Shown here: positions 28,013 through 37,596 of the stretch, in pieces
Layout: every line of letters begins with the position of its first letter
Numbering within the stretch: position 1 is the stretch's first letter
Source of the DNA: a virus
Length of the DNA stretch: 64,000 nt
Strand: one strand, 5' to 3'
IMG/VR virus record: IMGVR_UViG_3300022822_000017
Span: 3,839-67,838 of that record
Notes under the pieces: model-generated
The model's database searches: none
What the model was told of the DNA's origin: nothing
What the model saw: the letters and a program-made list of their open reading frames with translations, nothing else
Position numbers and translations under genes: made by a program

Positions 28013-28738
28013 ATGGCACTAACAGGAAACATTATACAAAGGGTTCAAAGTCTTTATAGTAAAGGCATAGAATCTGGGTCTTCAAGGTTAATGAGAAGAC
28101 ACATTTATTCTAAAATGGTAAGTGTCAGAGCACTCTTATTCTTTAATAAGATAAATAAAAGACAATTCATTTCTAAGTTTAATTACACTATGCTATCTTG
28201 TGTAGAGTTAATTAAGACTACAGAAGATAATTGTCCTTGCTTGCCTGCACCAGGATGCAAGATTCTAAGAACTAAACATAAATTACCTAAGCCTGTAAAC
28301 AGTATCAATGGTTATATGATTGACTCTGTGATGTCTGTAAACCATGGCACCATCTTTCATGAGGTAACTTACAAAAGTAAAATATGGAGAGCTGCAGATA
28401 AGTACTCTTCAAGTAAGCCTGACTTCTTTATAAAAGATGACTATTTATACATTACCTCTACAAGAACACTAGAATCCATAAACATCTTAGGTTTGTTTGC
28501 ACATCCTTTAGATGCTTTAAACTACCCTTCAAAATGTGAAGAGGTAACAACTTGTCCTACACATCCCACTGAAATGGAGTTTCCTTTAGATGAGGAATTG
28601 GTAGATGCTTTAGTAGAACTTACTGTACAAGAAATTGCTGCAGGATTTGCAGTAGGGTATGAAGATAAAAGGAATGATGGATCAGACCATGTAGAAGGTT
28701 CACAACAACCACAGAGAAGACAACAGAGAAGACAATAG
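28013..28738 (+). CDS. tail ring-like structural protein (crAss-like)
   Basis: CVELI...CKILRTKHKLPKP...EFPLDEELVDALVEL; synteny. Confidence 0.6.
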   Translation: MALTGNIIQRVQSLYSKGIESGSSRLMRRHIYSKMVSVRALLFFNKINKRQFISKFNYTMLSCVELIKTTEDNCPCLPAPGCKILRTKHKLPKPVNSINGYMIDSVMSVNHGTIFHEVTYKSKIWRAADKYSSSKPDFFIKDDYLYITSTRTLESINILGLFAHPLDALNYPSKCEEVTTCPTHPTEMEFPLDEELVDALVELTVQEIAAGFAVGYEDKRNDGSDHVEGSQQPQRRQQRRQ

Positions 28739-28741
28739 CCT

Positions 28742-29218
28742 ATGAATAATATATTATCCTCATATAAATATTACAGGTCAGCAGGAGGTGGCTTAGAAGT
28801 TAATAGAAAGGACTTTTGTAAAATTGTAAATGAGTTTAATAAACACATCATGCAATTTGTTTTTGATGGAGATGAAGTTAAGCTGCCTGAAAAGATGGGC
28901 ACTATCTCTGTAAAAGGTAAAAAGATTAAAACAGAGTTTGATGAAGAGCTAGGTAGAATTACTAACCAGGCTGTAGATTATCAAGAAACTAATAAGCTTT
29001 GGGCAAAGTGTCCAGAGTGTCAAAAGAAAAAGCAAATGGTTTATCATTTGAATGAACACTCTGATGGCATTAGATATAAGTTCTTTTGGAGTAAAGAAAG
29101 AATGATAGTAGAATACAAGTTGTTTTACACTATGATTTTTACAAGAACAAACAAAAGACATTTGTCTCAGTTAATACAAAAAGGACAAGAGTTCTATGTT
29201 GAACCTACTAAATTTTAA
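28742..29218 (+). CDS. IHF/HU-like protein of crAss tail cluster
   Basis: GDEVKLPEKMGTISVKGKK HU-like arm; conserved position before the tail tubular gene. Confidence 0.65.
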   Translation: MNNILSSYKYYRSAGGGLEVNRKDFCKIVNEFNKHIMQFVFDGDEVKLPEKMGTISVKGKKIKTEFDEELGRITNQAVDYQETNKLWAKCPECQKKKQMVYHLNEHSDGIRYKFFWSKERMIVEYKLFYTMIFTRTNKRHLSQLIQKGQEFYVEPTKF

Positions 29219-29221
29219 ATT

Positions 29222-29476
29222 ATGAGTGAAATAAAAATGACTAAAAGTTCTTCAGAAGGAACTGGTGTACCAAAAGGTGCAGAAATATTAAAGAAAGACA
29301 CTACTGTAAGAGTAGAGAAAATTGAAAATGGGTTTATAATCTCTAAAAATACAGAGATAAGATACAAAATAAAAGATAGGACTGACTATGCTTATGTAGA
29401 CAAAAAGTATTTTAGTGAAACAGACCCTATGGAGATTAAGCTAAATGGCAAAAGTCTTTCAGATGATTTTAAATAA
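29222..29476 (+). CDS. hypothetical protein
   Basis: 84-aa ORF in operon (VRVEKIENGFII). Confidence 0.65.
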   Translation: MSEIKMTKSSSEGTGVPKGAEILKKDTTVRVEKIENGFIISKNTEIRYKIKDRTDYAYVDKKYFSETDPMEIKLNGKSLSDDFK

Positions 29477-29491
29477 TTAAAAAATAAGTAA

Positions 29492-30457
29492 ATGAAGGAA
29501 CTAACTTACACTACTGTAAATAGGATATTCTCTAAGATAGCTAGAGACTTAGGATTAGATAACTTTTCTGAGGTTGATGCTATTGAATGGGCAGGAGAAG
29601 CTTTAGAAGCTATTGATGCTGTCACTATGCTAGAAGAATGTGTAGAATTTGTGGAAGTAAAAAACCATGCTGCACAGTTACCTTTGTTTACAAACTCAAT
29701 TATACAAGTAGCACAACACAATGGAGTAATCACTACTCCTGTTAAAGTTGAGACTGCAGAAGAAGAAGAACATGAATTTCCTGACCATACTTGTGGTATA
29801 GAAAGTGATGCTGGGTATTCTCACATACCTGTAGATGATAATGGTTATCCTTTGTTTGACTCTGATGTTTACAAATGGAAGCCAAACATCAATGTACAAA
29901 TAGAGTACAACAACTTTAAATGTTCTGATGCTTACAAAAACACTTGGACTCCAGTTAGGCTAGCAGACCATTCATTTTTTAACAGTATAGTTTGTAAAGA
30001 GCCAGACAGTGAGCAACTTTATTCTAACTCTAGGAGTGAATACACTATTGTAGGAAACAACACATTAAGATTTTCTTTTCAAGAAGGTTATGTTGCAATA
30101 GCAATTAACAGACAAAAGTTAGATGAGAATGGACACCCAATGATTCCTGACCATTATTCTTACACAACTGCAGTAACTATGTACATCACAATGAAGATGA
30201 TGGGTAGAATGTGGTACAGTGGGAGAGAAGGTTATGAAAAAAGATACTTAAAAGCTGAAGCTGATTGGCAATGGTATTGTAAACAAGCAGGTAACAGAGG
30301 ATTAATGCCTAGAGGTATTGACCAATTTCAAAACATGCTTGACCAATCTCAATACTTATTACCTAATAACTTTAGGTACAATCAATTCTTTAAAGACTTA
30401 AGTAGACCAGAGAGCAGAAAGTTCAATGACCCAGATGGAAGAAATAATGTGCAATAA
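29492..30457 (+). CDS. tail tubular / ring protein
   Basis: AIEWAGEALEAI...LDENGHPMIPD...WQWYCKQA; directly precedes the muzzle gene as in crAss-like phages. Confidence 0.75.
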   Translation: MKELTYTTVNRIFSKIARDLGLDNFSEVDAIEWAGEALEAIDAVTMLEECVEFVEVKNHAAQLPLFTNSIIQVAQHNGVITTPVKVETAEEEEHEFPDHTCGIESDAGYSHIPVDDNGYPLFDSDVYKWKPNINVQIEYNNFKCSDAYKNTWTPVRLADHSFFNSIVCKEPDSEQLYSNSRSEYTIVGNNTLRFSFQEGYVAIAINRQKLDENGHPMIPDHYSYTTAVTMYITMKMMGRMWYSGREGYEKRYLKAEADWQWYCKQAGNRGLMPRGIDQFQNMLDQSQYLLPNNFRYNQFFKDLSRPESRKFNDPDGRNNVQ

Positions 30458-30467
30458 ATAATATACT

Positions 30468-33400
30468 ATGGCTCAGAAAACACAACAAGGTCCTGTACCT
30501 AAAAGAGGTTTAATTACTGACACTTCACATCTTAATCAACCCCCAGGTGCATTAACTTTTGCACTTAATGTTGTTAATGAAAGTGAAGATGGAGACATGG
30601 GTTGGAGATCCAATGAACAAAGTAATGAGCCTTGTTATACTTTAACAAGTGGATATATCCCTTTAGGGGAAATTTACATTGACAAGAATGATAGTTTATT
30701 GCTGTCAGTATCAGAAGATGGTACTATGTCTGAAATAGGCATCATTGGTGTTAACTGTCAATATACTGTTTTAGTAAATGCAGACTTAGGATTCAAAGCT
30801 GAAAATCAAATTAGTGGTACTTATAGATTAAGAAGGGGTTGTGAAAGAACTTTTTACTTTACTACACCCACTCCTATGCTATTTAATATGGATAAACTCA
30901 ATGACTTTAAAGTTGATGAGACAGACTCTGATAGTGATTGGGACCCTGCAAAGTTTAAGTTGTTTAAAGTTTATGAAAGTATTCCAACTTTTCAGTTCAT
31001 TGAAGTAATAGAAAATGGACTACTAGCTCCAGGTTCTTACAATGCTTCTATACAATACTTAGACAATGACTTAAATCCTACAGAGTGGATTACAACTTGT
31101 GAGCCAATTAAGATTTATAATGATTCAGTAAGTAAGAAGTACAGTGCTATAGAAGGTTCAACCAATGTTGTAAATGCTGCACTTAATTTTGGATTAACTA
31201 ACAAAGCAATAAAGTTTAGCTTTACTGACTTTGATACATCTTATCCTTACTATAGAGTAGCTATCATTTCATCTAACACAGGTAGTGGTTTAGTGAATGA
31301 GGTAACTTTTTCAAGCCCTATTTCAACTAACATAAAAACATATACTCATACAGGTTCTTCATCTACTGTTACCACTGGTACAGAAAATGAGATACTGGCA
31401 TTTAACAATGTCATTGAAGAAGCAGAATTTGTAGAGCAAATAGAAAACAAATTAATACTTGGAAAGACTAAAGGTGTACAGATTAACTTCTGTGGACTAC
31501 AGAAGTATGCAAGTAAAATAAAGTCAGATGTAAGACTAGAAGAAACAACCCTTAACATCATAGGTGGCAATAACCCTAAAACAGCTACTGTAAACTTTGA
31601 TGGAGTAGGTTATATGCCAGGAGAAATATATTCTTTTGGAATAGTCTACATATTTGAAGGTAGTATTCTTTCTCCTGTGTTTCACATACCAGGAAAAGCA
31701 GAAGGACATATCTCTAGCATGTCAGACAACAACTTACTAGATTCTCCTTACCAATCTACTTCCTGTAAAGGATTCTGGGGACTAGATTCTCAAGGTGGTA
31801 CTTTGCTAGGTCAGCCTATTAGGCATCACAGATTTCCTACAAGGTCAGAAATTAATGAACCTTTATTTACTGAAGACACTAATGCTGAAAGTTTTACATT
31901 AAATAATCTTGTACTTACTTTAAGTGCTAGTGCAGTTACAGGTACAACCATATCTTATGAGGTATCTTATAAAATAGATGGTACACCTAAGACATTTAAC
32001 ACTTCTTTCTTGTCATCAGTATTTGATCCTGCAGAAGGGTTAGAAAGGACTGTTGCAACTACAAGAGGAGTTATAACAGAAATAATAATAACAGAAGACA
32101 TAGATGGTGCAGGGTACACAGAGATTACACCTGGAGTAGAATCCACATCTGGAGTAACCTATGCTCAATCCATAGTAGCAAGAGTAGTAGAAACTGAAGA
32201 TGCTGTCTACACTTCTAAAATAATGGGTATTACTTTCTCAGGAATAACTGTTCCTGAAGAAGTTTCTACCAATGGGTACAAAGTAATAGGGTATTACATA
32301 GTTAGAAATGAAAGAACTGAAGATGAGAAAACTGTTTTAGATTCTGGAGTAATGACACCTATGATGTTAGAAGAAAGAGGGTTTGTGGCTCATGGTCATA
32401 TCTTTCCTAATTTATCTGACACTAGTAGAATAGACAAAGACATCTTTGGTCTTATACATCCAGAGAATAAGTTTAATGGTCTTGAGTATAAGAACTTAAC
32501 ACAAATTACACAAGAAGGAGAATACAGAATAGTTTCTCAGGCTTTATCATCAGTGCTTACACAAGATGTAGGTGCAGGAACTTCCTATGACCCTGATGTA
32601 CACAAAGGTTTTGATGGAGATGGAATTACTTTGCATACTCTTACAAGAGATACTAAAGTTTCTTATCATCAGAAAACTAAGGAATGGATTAACCCTGAAA
32701 AAAGAGGAGAAGTTTTTTACCTTAATGCTTTAAACTATAAGACAGTTAAAGATAGTGATGACAAAAGTCAAGATGTTTATAATGTATCTGGAGATAACAA
32801 AATAGGTATAGTACAACTAGAAGAGGATATTACTGATGTAAATGACATACATAAAAAATTACCTTATGTAATGCTTAAAAGAGATCTCTCTTCTCCTTAT
32901 GGAAGTTTCAGAACTCTACAGTATTACAAGGAAAATGTAAATCCAATTTACTTTGATACTACCACAGAAGATAAAGATGATGTTACCAAGAATGGGGAAC
33001 AAGCTTATATCTTAAATGGAGATAGTTACATAGCACCTATGAAATATCATAGTGCACTGTTTAATAATTTTAGTCTTGCAGATAGAGATACCAAGTCTTC
33101 TTTTTGGACTATCCTTGCAGGAGTATTACTAGTAGTAGTAGGGGTTGCAGGAGCATTAATATCTGGAGGTAGTTCTTTGGCACTTGCTGCAACAGGACTT
33201 GCTGCTTTGTCAGCTACAGCTGCAGTAGTAGTTACAGCTGTATCAATTGCAGCAATAGGTTATGGTCTATCTACTTTGTCAAGTGGTATAGAAATGGCTA
33301 ATGTAATTGAAGTGTATCAGAAAATGTATGAAGCAGGTCTTAGGGACACTATACAAGATGATGACACTAAGACTATATTTGATGACAGAAACCAAGCTGA

Positions 33401-36119
33401 TGATGAATTTCAATGGCTTGGAGATGTAGTATCAAACTTATGGTTTGAGAGTGGAGTAAATATAGCACTTAGAAATGGTGTTACTTCTATACACTCTGCT
33501 TACATAGATGCTCCTACTGCTATGACTGACTACTATCCAGAGACTGAAAACTTGACTACCAATTCAATAGAAGGGTATTTAAGATACATGACAGGTGCTG
33601 GAAGTGCTCCTCAGAACTATTTAGATTCTTACATGTTAGAGAAGCTGACTGTAGTAGATGCAGAAAATTCTGATGGTAGATTATACAGAGGGTATGCAGG
33701 TGCAGAGATATATGCATTGAACAGAGATTACCAAAGAACTAACAAGCAAAAAATATTCTATGCTTTAGGTTTAGAGTATGACTGTTGTTCAAACTGTACA
33801 GAAGACTTTCCTCACAGAACATATTACTCAGAGCAATCTTTTCAAGAAGAGCTTATTGATAATTATAGAGTTTTCTTACCTAACAATTATAGAGACCTTG
33901 AGGGTGAGAAAGGGGTGATAACTGATTTGTTCAGAATACAGAACAATTTATACATCCAAACTGAAGGAGCTTTATGGCATTTGCCACAAACTATACAAGA
34001 AAGAGTAACAGGGGATGTTGTGTCCTTCATTGGTACAGGAGAGTTTTTTGCTATCCCACCAAGAAAGATCACTGACACTGATAAAGAGAGTGCAGGTACT
34101 CTGCACAATTGGGCAAGAATGAAGACACCAAGTGGTGTATTCTTTGTATCTGCTACAGAGGGGAAAGTATATTTATTTGATGGGAACAGTTTACAGCCAA
34201 TAGTTGGAGGTAATGAAACCTGGTTCAAGAATAACTTACCAGTAAAAGCAGATTTAGACTATTTAATTTCATCAGGAGTGAATTATCCTTTGGCAAATAA
34301 TCCCTCAAGCAAATTTGGTACAGGGTTTATTTCAACTTATGATACACAAAAAGAAAGATTTATATTAACTAAAAAAGATTATGTTCTTTCTAGTGGAATT
34401 TTAGATAGCACAGATTACATTACTTGTTCAAAAGATGGGCAGATAATAATCTTTGAGCCAGTAAGTGAAATAATAGCAGCAAGGCTAGCAGATGGTTGGA
34501 ACTATGAAGGTTTAGAAGATTGCAAAATGAAGTTTTCTTCAGAAGTAGTCACACAAACAACTGAAATAATACAAACAGAAACTATCATTGCTAACAAGGC
34601 TGATATCCATGTGTTCTTTGATACATCAGGTTCATTTGATGTAACAGCTTTAGGACAGATAGACAATACTATAGATGCTTGGTTAATTAACTTTAGAGCT
34701 TCAAACCCAAGTTGGACAGGAGATGTGTTTAAATACAATGACCAAACAGAGAGATGGGTAACTTATGCAGACATAATTGCAACTGATAACAGAAACAATT
34801 ATAATGGTATCACTTCAGATAAAGATGTAGTAGTAATTTCATTTTGTAATGAAGCTTCTCCTTCTTATCACAGTAGTGCTAATACTTTGCAAGCTACAAC
34901 TACAGCATTCCTAGATGACTATGATAAGTTTACAGGTACTAACTTGAATGGAAACAATCCAGCACAAGATAGTCTGTACTCTAGCTTTAAGTCTTTTAAA
35001 GGAATACATTATCCTATAGTATTTCCTAATGACCATTGGACAGCACCTTCACAAGCTTTTGTGTTAAACTCTCTAGCTGCACTGAGAGGTACAAGATATA
35101 CTTTTTCAGAAGTAAATGCTTTGACAGAAAACTTAGGTTTTGCATCAGGTGCATGGGATATTTTAAAAGCTTCTTTACAAGAGCCTAATTCTTATCCTAA
35201 CAATGGACTAGAAAACTTTGGTTGGTTAATTAAACATGATAGGTTTAAAGATGCACAAGGAAGTGTTATAGATACTACAGAGTTTACTAATGACATTACT
35301 TTACTTTTAGAAGGTAGTAATACCACAGTAGAAGAGCAAGTGTTAGTAAATGTAATAGACACTGTAGTAGACTATACATCAGGTAGAGTAGAGTCTGACC
35401 CTATACAATATGACTTGTCTTGGACTATGAGTTATTCTTTAAAAGATAAAGAATGGGTATCATGGCATTCATACACTCCTAACTTTTATTTCTATAGACT
35501 ACAAGAACATTATTCTTGGAGAAGTGGAGATAGCCAATTATGGAAACATAACAAAGCTAACCACTATCAAACTTTCTATGGTGTAAGACATCCTCATATC
35601 ATTGAGTATGTAGACAACAAGAAACCTAGGGAAACTAAAATTTGGGACTACTTGAATATACAATCTCATGCACAAGAGTTTAATCCTACTTACCAGGACT
35701 ATGTTGATAAGGACATTACTTTCAACAAGCTTATTGCTTACACTTCTAAACAGTCAACAGGGTTAGTAAACCTGGTTGTCAAAGATGAAGAGTTGGACTA
35801 CTTAGACAACCAAGTAGTAAACAATGTAGACAGTATCTTAGTTGACAGAACAGAAAGAGACTGGCACTTAAATGATTTAAGAGATGTAGTAGTTGATTAC
35901 ACTCTTCCATTATTCAGAAGAGACAATCTTTCATTACAATCTGAACATTATACAGATAAGGTGCTTAACACTATTGTATTAGATTACAATAAGGAATGGA
36001 ATGAACTACAAAGTTTTAGAGATAAATATTTGGTACTAAGACTTATTTTTGATAATTTTGATAACATAAAATTAATTACTAACTTTACAGAGGAGATTGA
36101 ACACAAGTCTTTTAGTTAA
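30468..36119 (+). CDS. tail stabilisation / muzzle protein (P22 gp10-like) with inserted domains
   Basis: 1883 aa; GYMPGEIYSFGIVY, IRHHRFP, WTMSYS...WVSWHSYTP, FRDKYLVLRL; internal hydrophobic segment and DTSGS motif. Confidence 0.8.
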   Translation: MAQKTQQGPVPKRGLITDTSHLNQPPGALTFALNVVNESEDGDMGWRSNEQSNEPCYTLTSGYIPLGEIYIDKNDSLLLSVSEDGTMSEIGIIGVNCQYTVLVNADLGFKAENQISGTYRLRRGCERTFYFTTPTPMLFNMDKLNDFKVDETDSDSDWDPAKFKLFKVYESIPTFQFIEVIENGLLAPGSYNASIQYLDNDLNPTEWITTCEPIKIYNDSVSKKYSAIEGSTNVVNAALNFGLTNKAIKFSFTDFDTSYPYYRVAIISSNTGSGLVNEVTFSSPISTNIKTYTHTGSSSTVTTGTENEILAFNNVIEEAEFVEQIENKLILGKTKGVQINFCGLQKYASKIKSDVRLEETTLNIIGGNNPKTATVNFDGVGYMPGEIYSFGIVYIFEGSILSPVFHIPGKAEGHISSMSDNNLLDSPYQSTSCKGFWGLDSQGGTLLGQPIRHHRFPTRSEINEPLFTEDTNAESFTLNNLVLTLSASAVTGTTISYEVSYKIDGTPKTFNTSFLSSVFDPAEGLERTVATTRGVITEIIITEDIDGAGYTEITPGVESTSGVTYAQSIVARVVETEDAVYTSKIMGITFSGITVPEEVSTNGYKVIGYYIVRNERTEDEKTVLDSGVMTPMMLEERGFVAHGHIFPNLSDTSRIDKDIFGLIHPENKFNGLEYKNLTQITQEGEYRIVSQALSSVLTQDVGAGTSYDPDVHKGFDGDGITLHTLTRDTKVSYHQKTKEWINPEKRGEVFYLNALNYKTVKDSDDKSQDVYNVSGDNKIGIVQLEEDITDVNDIHKKLPYVMLKRDLSSPYGSFRTLQYYKENVNPIYFDTTTEDKDDVTKNGEQAYILNGDSYIAPMKYHSALFNNFSLADRDTKSSFWTILAGVLLVVVGVAGALISGGSSLALAATGLAALSATAAVVVTAVSIAAIGYGLSTLSSGIEMANVIEVYQKMYEAGLRDTIQDDDTKTIFDDRNQADDEFQWLGDVVSNLWFESGVNIALRNGVTSIHSAYIDAPTAMTDYYPETENLTTNSIEGYLRYMTGAGSAPQNYLDSYMLEKLTVVDAENSDGRLYRGYAGAEIYALNRDYQRTNKQKIFYALGLEYDCCSNCTEDFPHRTYYSEQSFQEELIDNYRVFLPNNYRDLEGEKGVITDLFRIQNNLYIQTEGALWHLPQTIQERVTGDVVSFIGTGEFFAIPPRKITDTDKESAGTLHNWARMKTPSGVFFVSATEGKVYLFDGNSLQPIVGGNETWFKNNLPVKADLDYLISSGVNYPLANNPSSKFGTGFISTYDTQKERFILTKKDYVLSSGILDSTDYITCSKDGQIIIFEPVSEIIAARLADGWNYEGLEDCKMKFSSEVVTQTTEIIQTETIIANKADIHVFFDTSGSFDVTALGQIDNTIDAWLINFRASNPSWTGDVFKYNDQTERWVTYADIIATDNRNNYNGITSDKDVVVISFCNEASPSYHSSANTLQATTTAFLDDYDKFTGTNLNGNNPAQDSLYSSFKSFKGIHYPIVFPNDHWTAPSQAFVLNSLAALRGTRYTFSEVNALTENLGFASGAWDILKASLQEPNSYPNNGLENFGWLIKHDRFKDAQGSVIDTTEFTNDITLLLEGSNTTVEEQVLVNVIDTVVDYTSGRVESDPIQYDLSWTMSYSLKDKEWVSWHSYTPNFYFYRLQEHYSWRSGDSQLWKHNKANHYQTFYGVRHPHIIEYVDNKKPRETKIWDYLNIQSHAQEFNPTYQDYVDKDITFNKLIAYTSKQSTGLVNLVVKDEELDYLDNQVVNNVDSILVDRTERDWHLNDLRDVVVDYTLPLFRRDNLSLQSEHYTDKVLNTIVLDYNKEWNELQSFRDKYLVLRLIFDNFDNIKLITNFTEEIEHKSFS

Positions 36120-36148
36120 GATTAATCTTAATAAACATTCATCTACAA

Positions 36149-37594
36149 ATGAAGAAAACTAGAAAAACTAAAAGAACTATTGGCAAATATGCCATGGGTT
36201 CAGGGAACACAGGAGTAATCAAAGGTTACATGCCTGACCCTTCTGAAGTCTTAAGACAGAATGAGATTAATTTAGACATAGCTAAAGCTGAAGCTGCTGA
36301 CAATCCTTTTGTAAAAGGTCTTGACATGATAGGTCAATTAGCCACACAAACAGGTTTAAACATGTTAGGTGGTGCTATGAAAAAAGGCAAACCTAATGTT
36401 GACAAAGTACAAAAAGGAATAAACAAAGACATGGATGATGGTCTTATGGTGTTAGCAAAAGGTAGTGGAGTAGAAGGTGTACAAGGTAAAGGAGAACAAG
36501 TTCCTGTCAGAGTAGAAAAAGGAGAACTTCTTGAAACTCCAGATGGGGTAGTTACTAAAGAAGGTGGAGAGAGACATGGTAAAGATGGAGAAGGTGGTAA
36601 CACTAAATTTGTTGAAGAAGGCACTATTGTAACTTCTGATAATGAAGATATTAAGATTGCTGGAAAGACCATGGCAGAAAGAAAAGAAATTAGAATAGCT
36701 AGACTAAGTAAAATATCTAAGTCTTTAGAGACAGACCCTACTGATGCTCTAGCTAAAGAAACTTATAAAAGGACTTCAGAAAAAAATGAGTATGAAGAGC
36801 AAGCTGACTTACAAGTTCAAGAGTTTGCAAGAATGATGGCAGGAGAAAGTGAAAAGATGTTTGCAACAGGTACAGGCAAAGAAGGAGTTAAAAGTTATAG
36901 TAAAGGTACAGATGGTAAAGGTGTTAAATCTTTTGGTGGGAAACTGCTAGATGGTTTTAAAGACTTTGCAGGAGGATTTACACCAGGAGATGTTATGGGT
37001 ATAGCTGGTAATATCTTTCAAGGAAACTCTGCCCTTAGTCAAGCAAGAAACAATGCAGCTGGCAGTACCCCTAATGAAAATCAATTTGCTAACTATGGAG
37101 ATGATGCAATGGCAACTTTAGGAGAAGCTGATGCTCAAATAATAGGTATGCAAGGTCAAGCTGAAAAGAAGTTAGACCAAGAAAGAACTGGTGCTATCAA
37201 TAGAGTTAGAAAATCCTCTAGGAGTGCCAATGTAGTTAATGCAATGCAATTGGGAATAGATGCTCAAGCTAATGCATCAATGGCAGATATATATAGTAAG
37301 TTTGCACAAACAACTTTAAACAATATTTACAAAAAAGCTGGATTACAAACTGATATTGACCAAAAGAAAATGACAGGAGCAGGTGTAGCTGATATTGCTA
37401 ACAGAATGGATGCTGATAATGCAGACACTCAATTGGGGGTTGCCAAAGAAACTTATGCAAGAAGCTTACAACAAACAGGTAAAGACTTAAATCAAAATAA
37501 AAAGTCTAATGTTTTAGCTAATCTTACAGCACAGTTATCTAAGTATGGTTTAATTGCACAAGATGATGGAACTATTACTACTAAAAAAGTATAA
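36149..37594 (+). CDS. internal virion (cargo/ejection) protein
   Basis: VEKGELLETPDG...GERHG motif; Gly/Ala/Gln-rich helices; position after the muzzle gene. Confidence 0.65.
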   Translation: MKKTRKTKRTIGKYAMGSGNTGVIKGYMPDPSEVLRQNEINLDIAKAEAADNPFVKGLDMIGQLATQTGLNMLGGAMKKGKPNVDKVQKGINKDMDDGLMVLAKGSGVEGVQGKGEQVPVRVEKGELLETPDGVVTKEGGERHGKDGEGGNTKFVEEGTIVTSDNEDIKIAGKTMAERKEIRIARLSKISKSLETDPTDALAKETYKRTSEKNEYEEQADLQVQEFARMMAGESEKMFATGTGKEGVKSYSKGTDGKGVKSFGGKLLDGFKDFAGGFTPGDVMGIAGNIFQGNSALSQARNNAAGSTPNENQFANYGDDAMATLGEADAQIIGMQGQAEKKLDQERTGAINRVRKSSRSANVVNAMQLGIDAQANASMADIYSKFAQTTLNNIYKKAGLQTDIDQKKMTGAGVADIANRMDADNADTQLGVAKETYARSLQQTGKDLNQNKKSNVLANLTAQLSKYGLIAQDDGTITTKKV

Positions 37595-37596
37595 GC

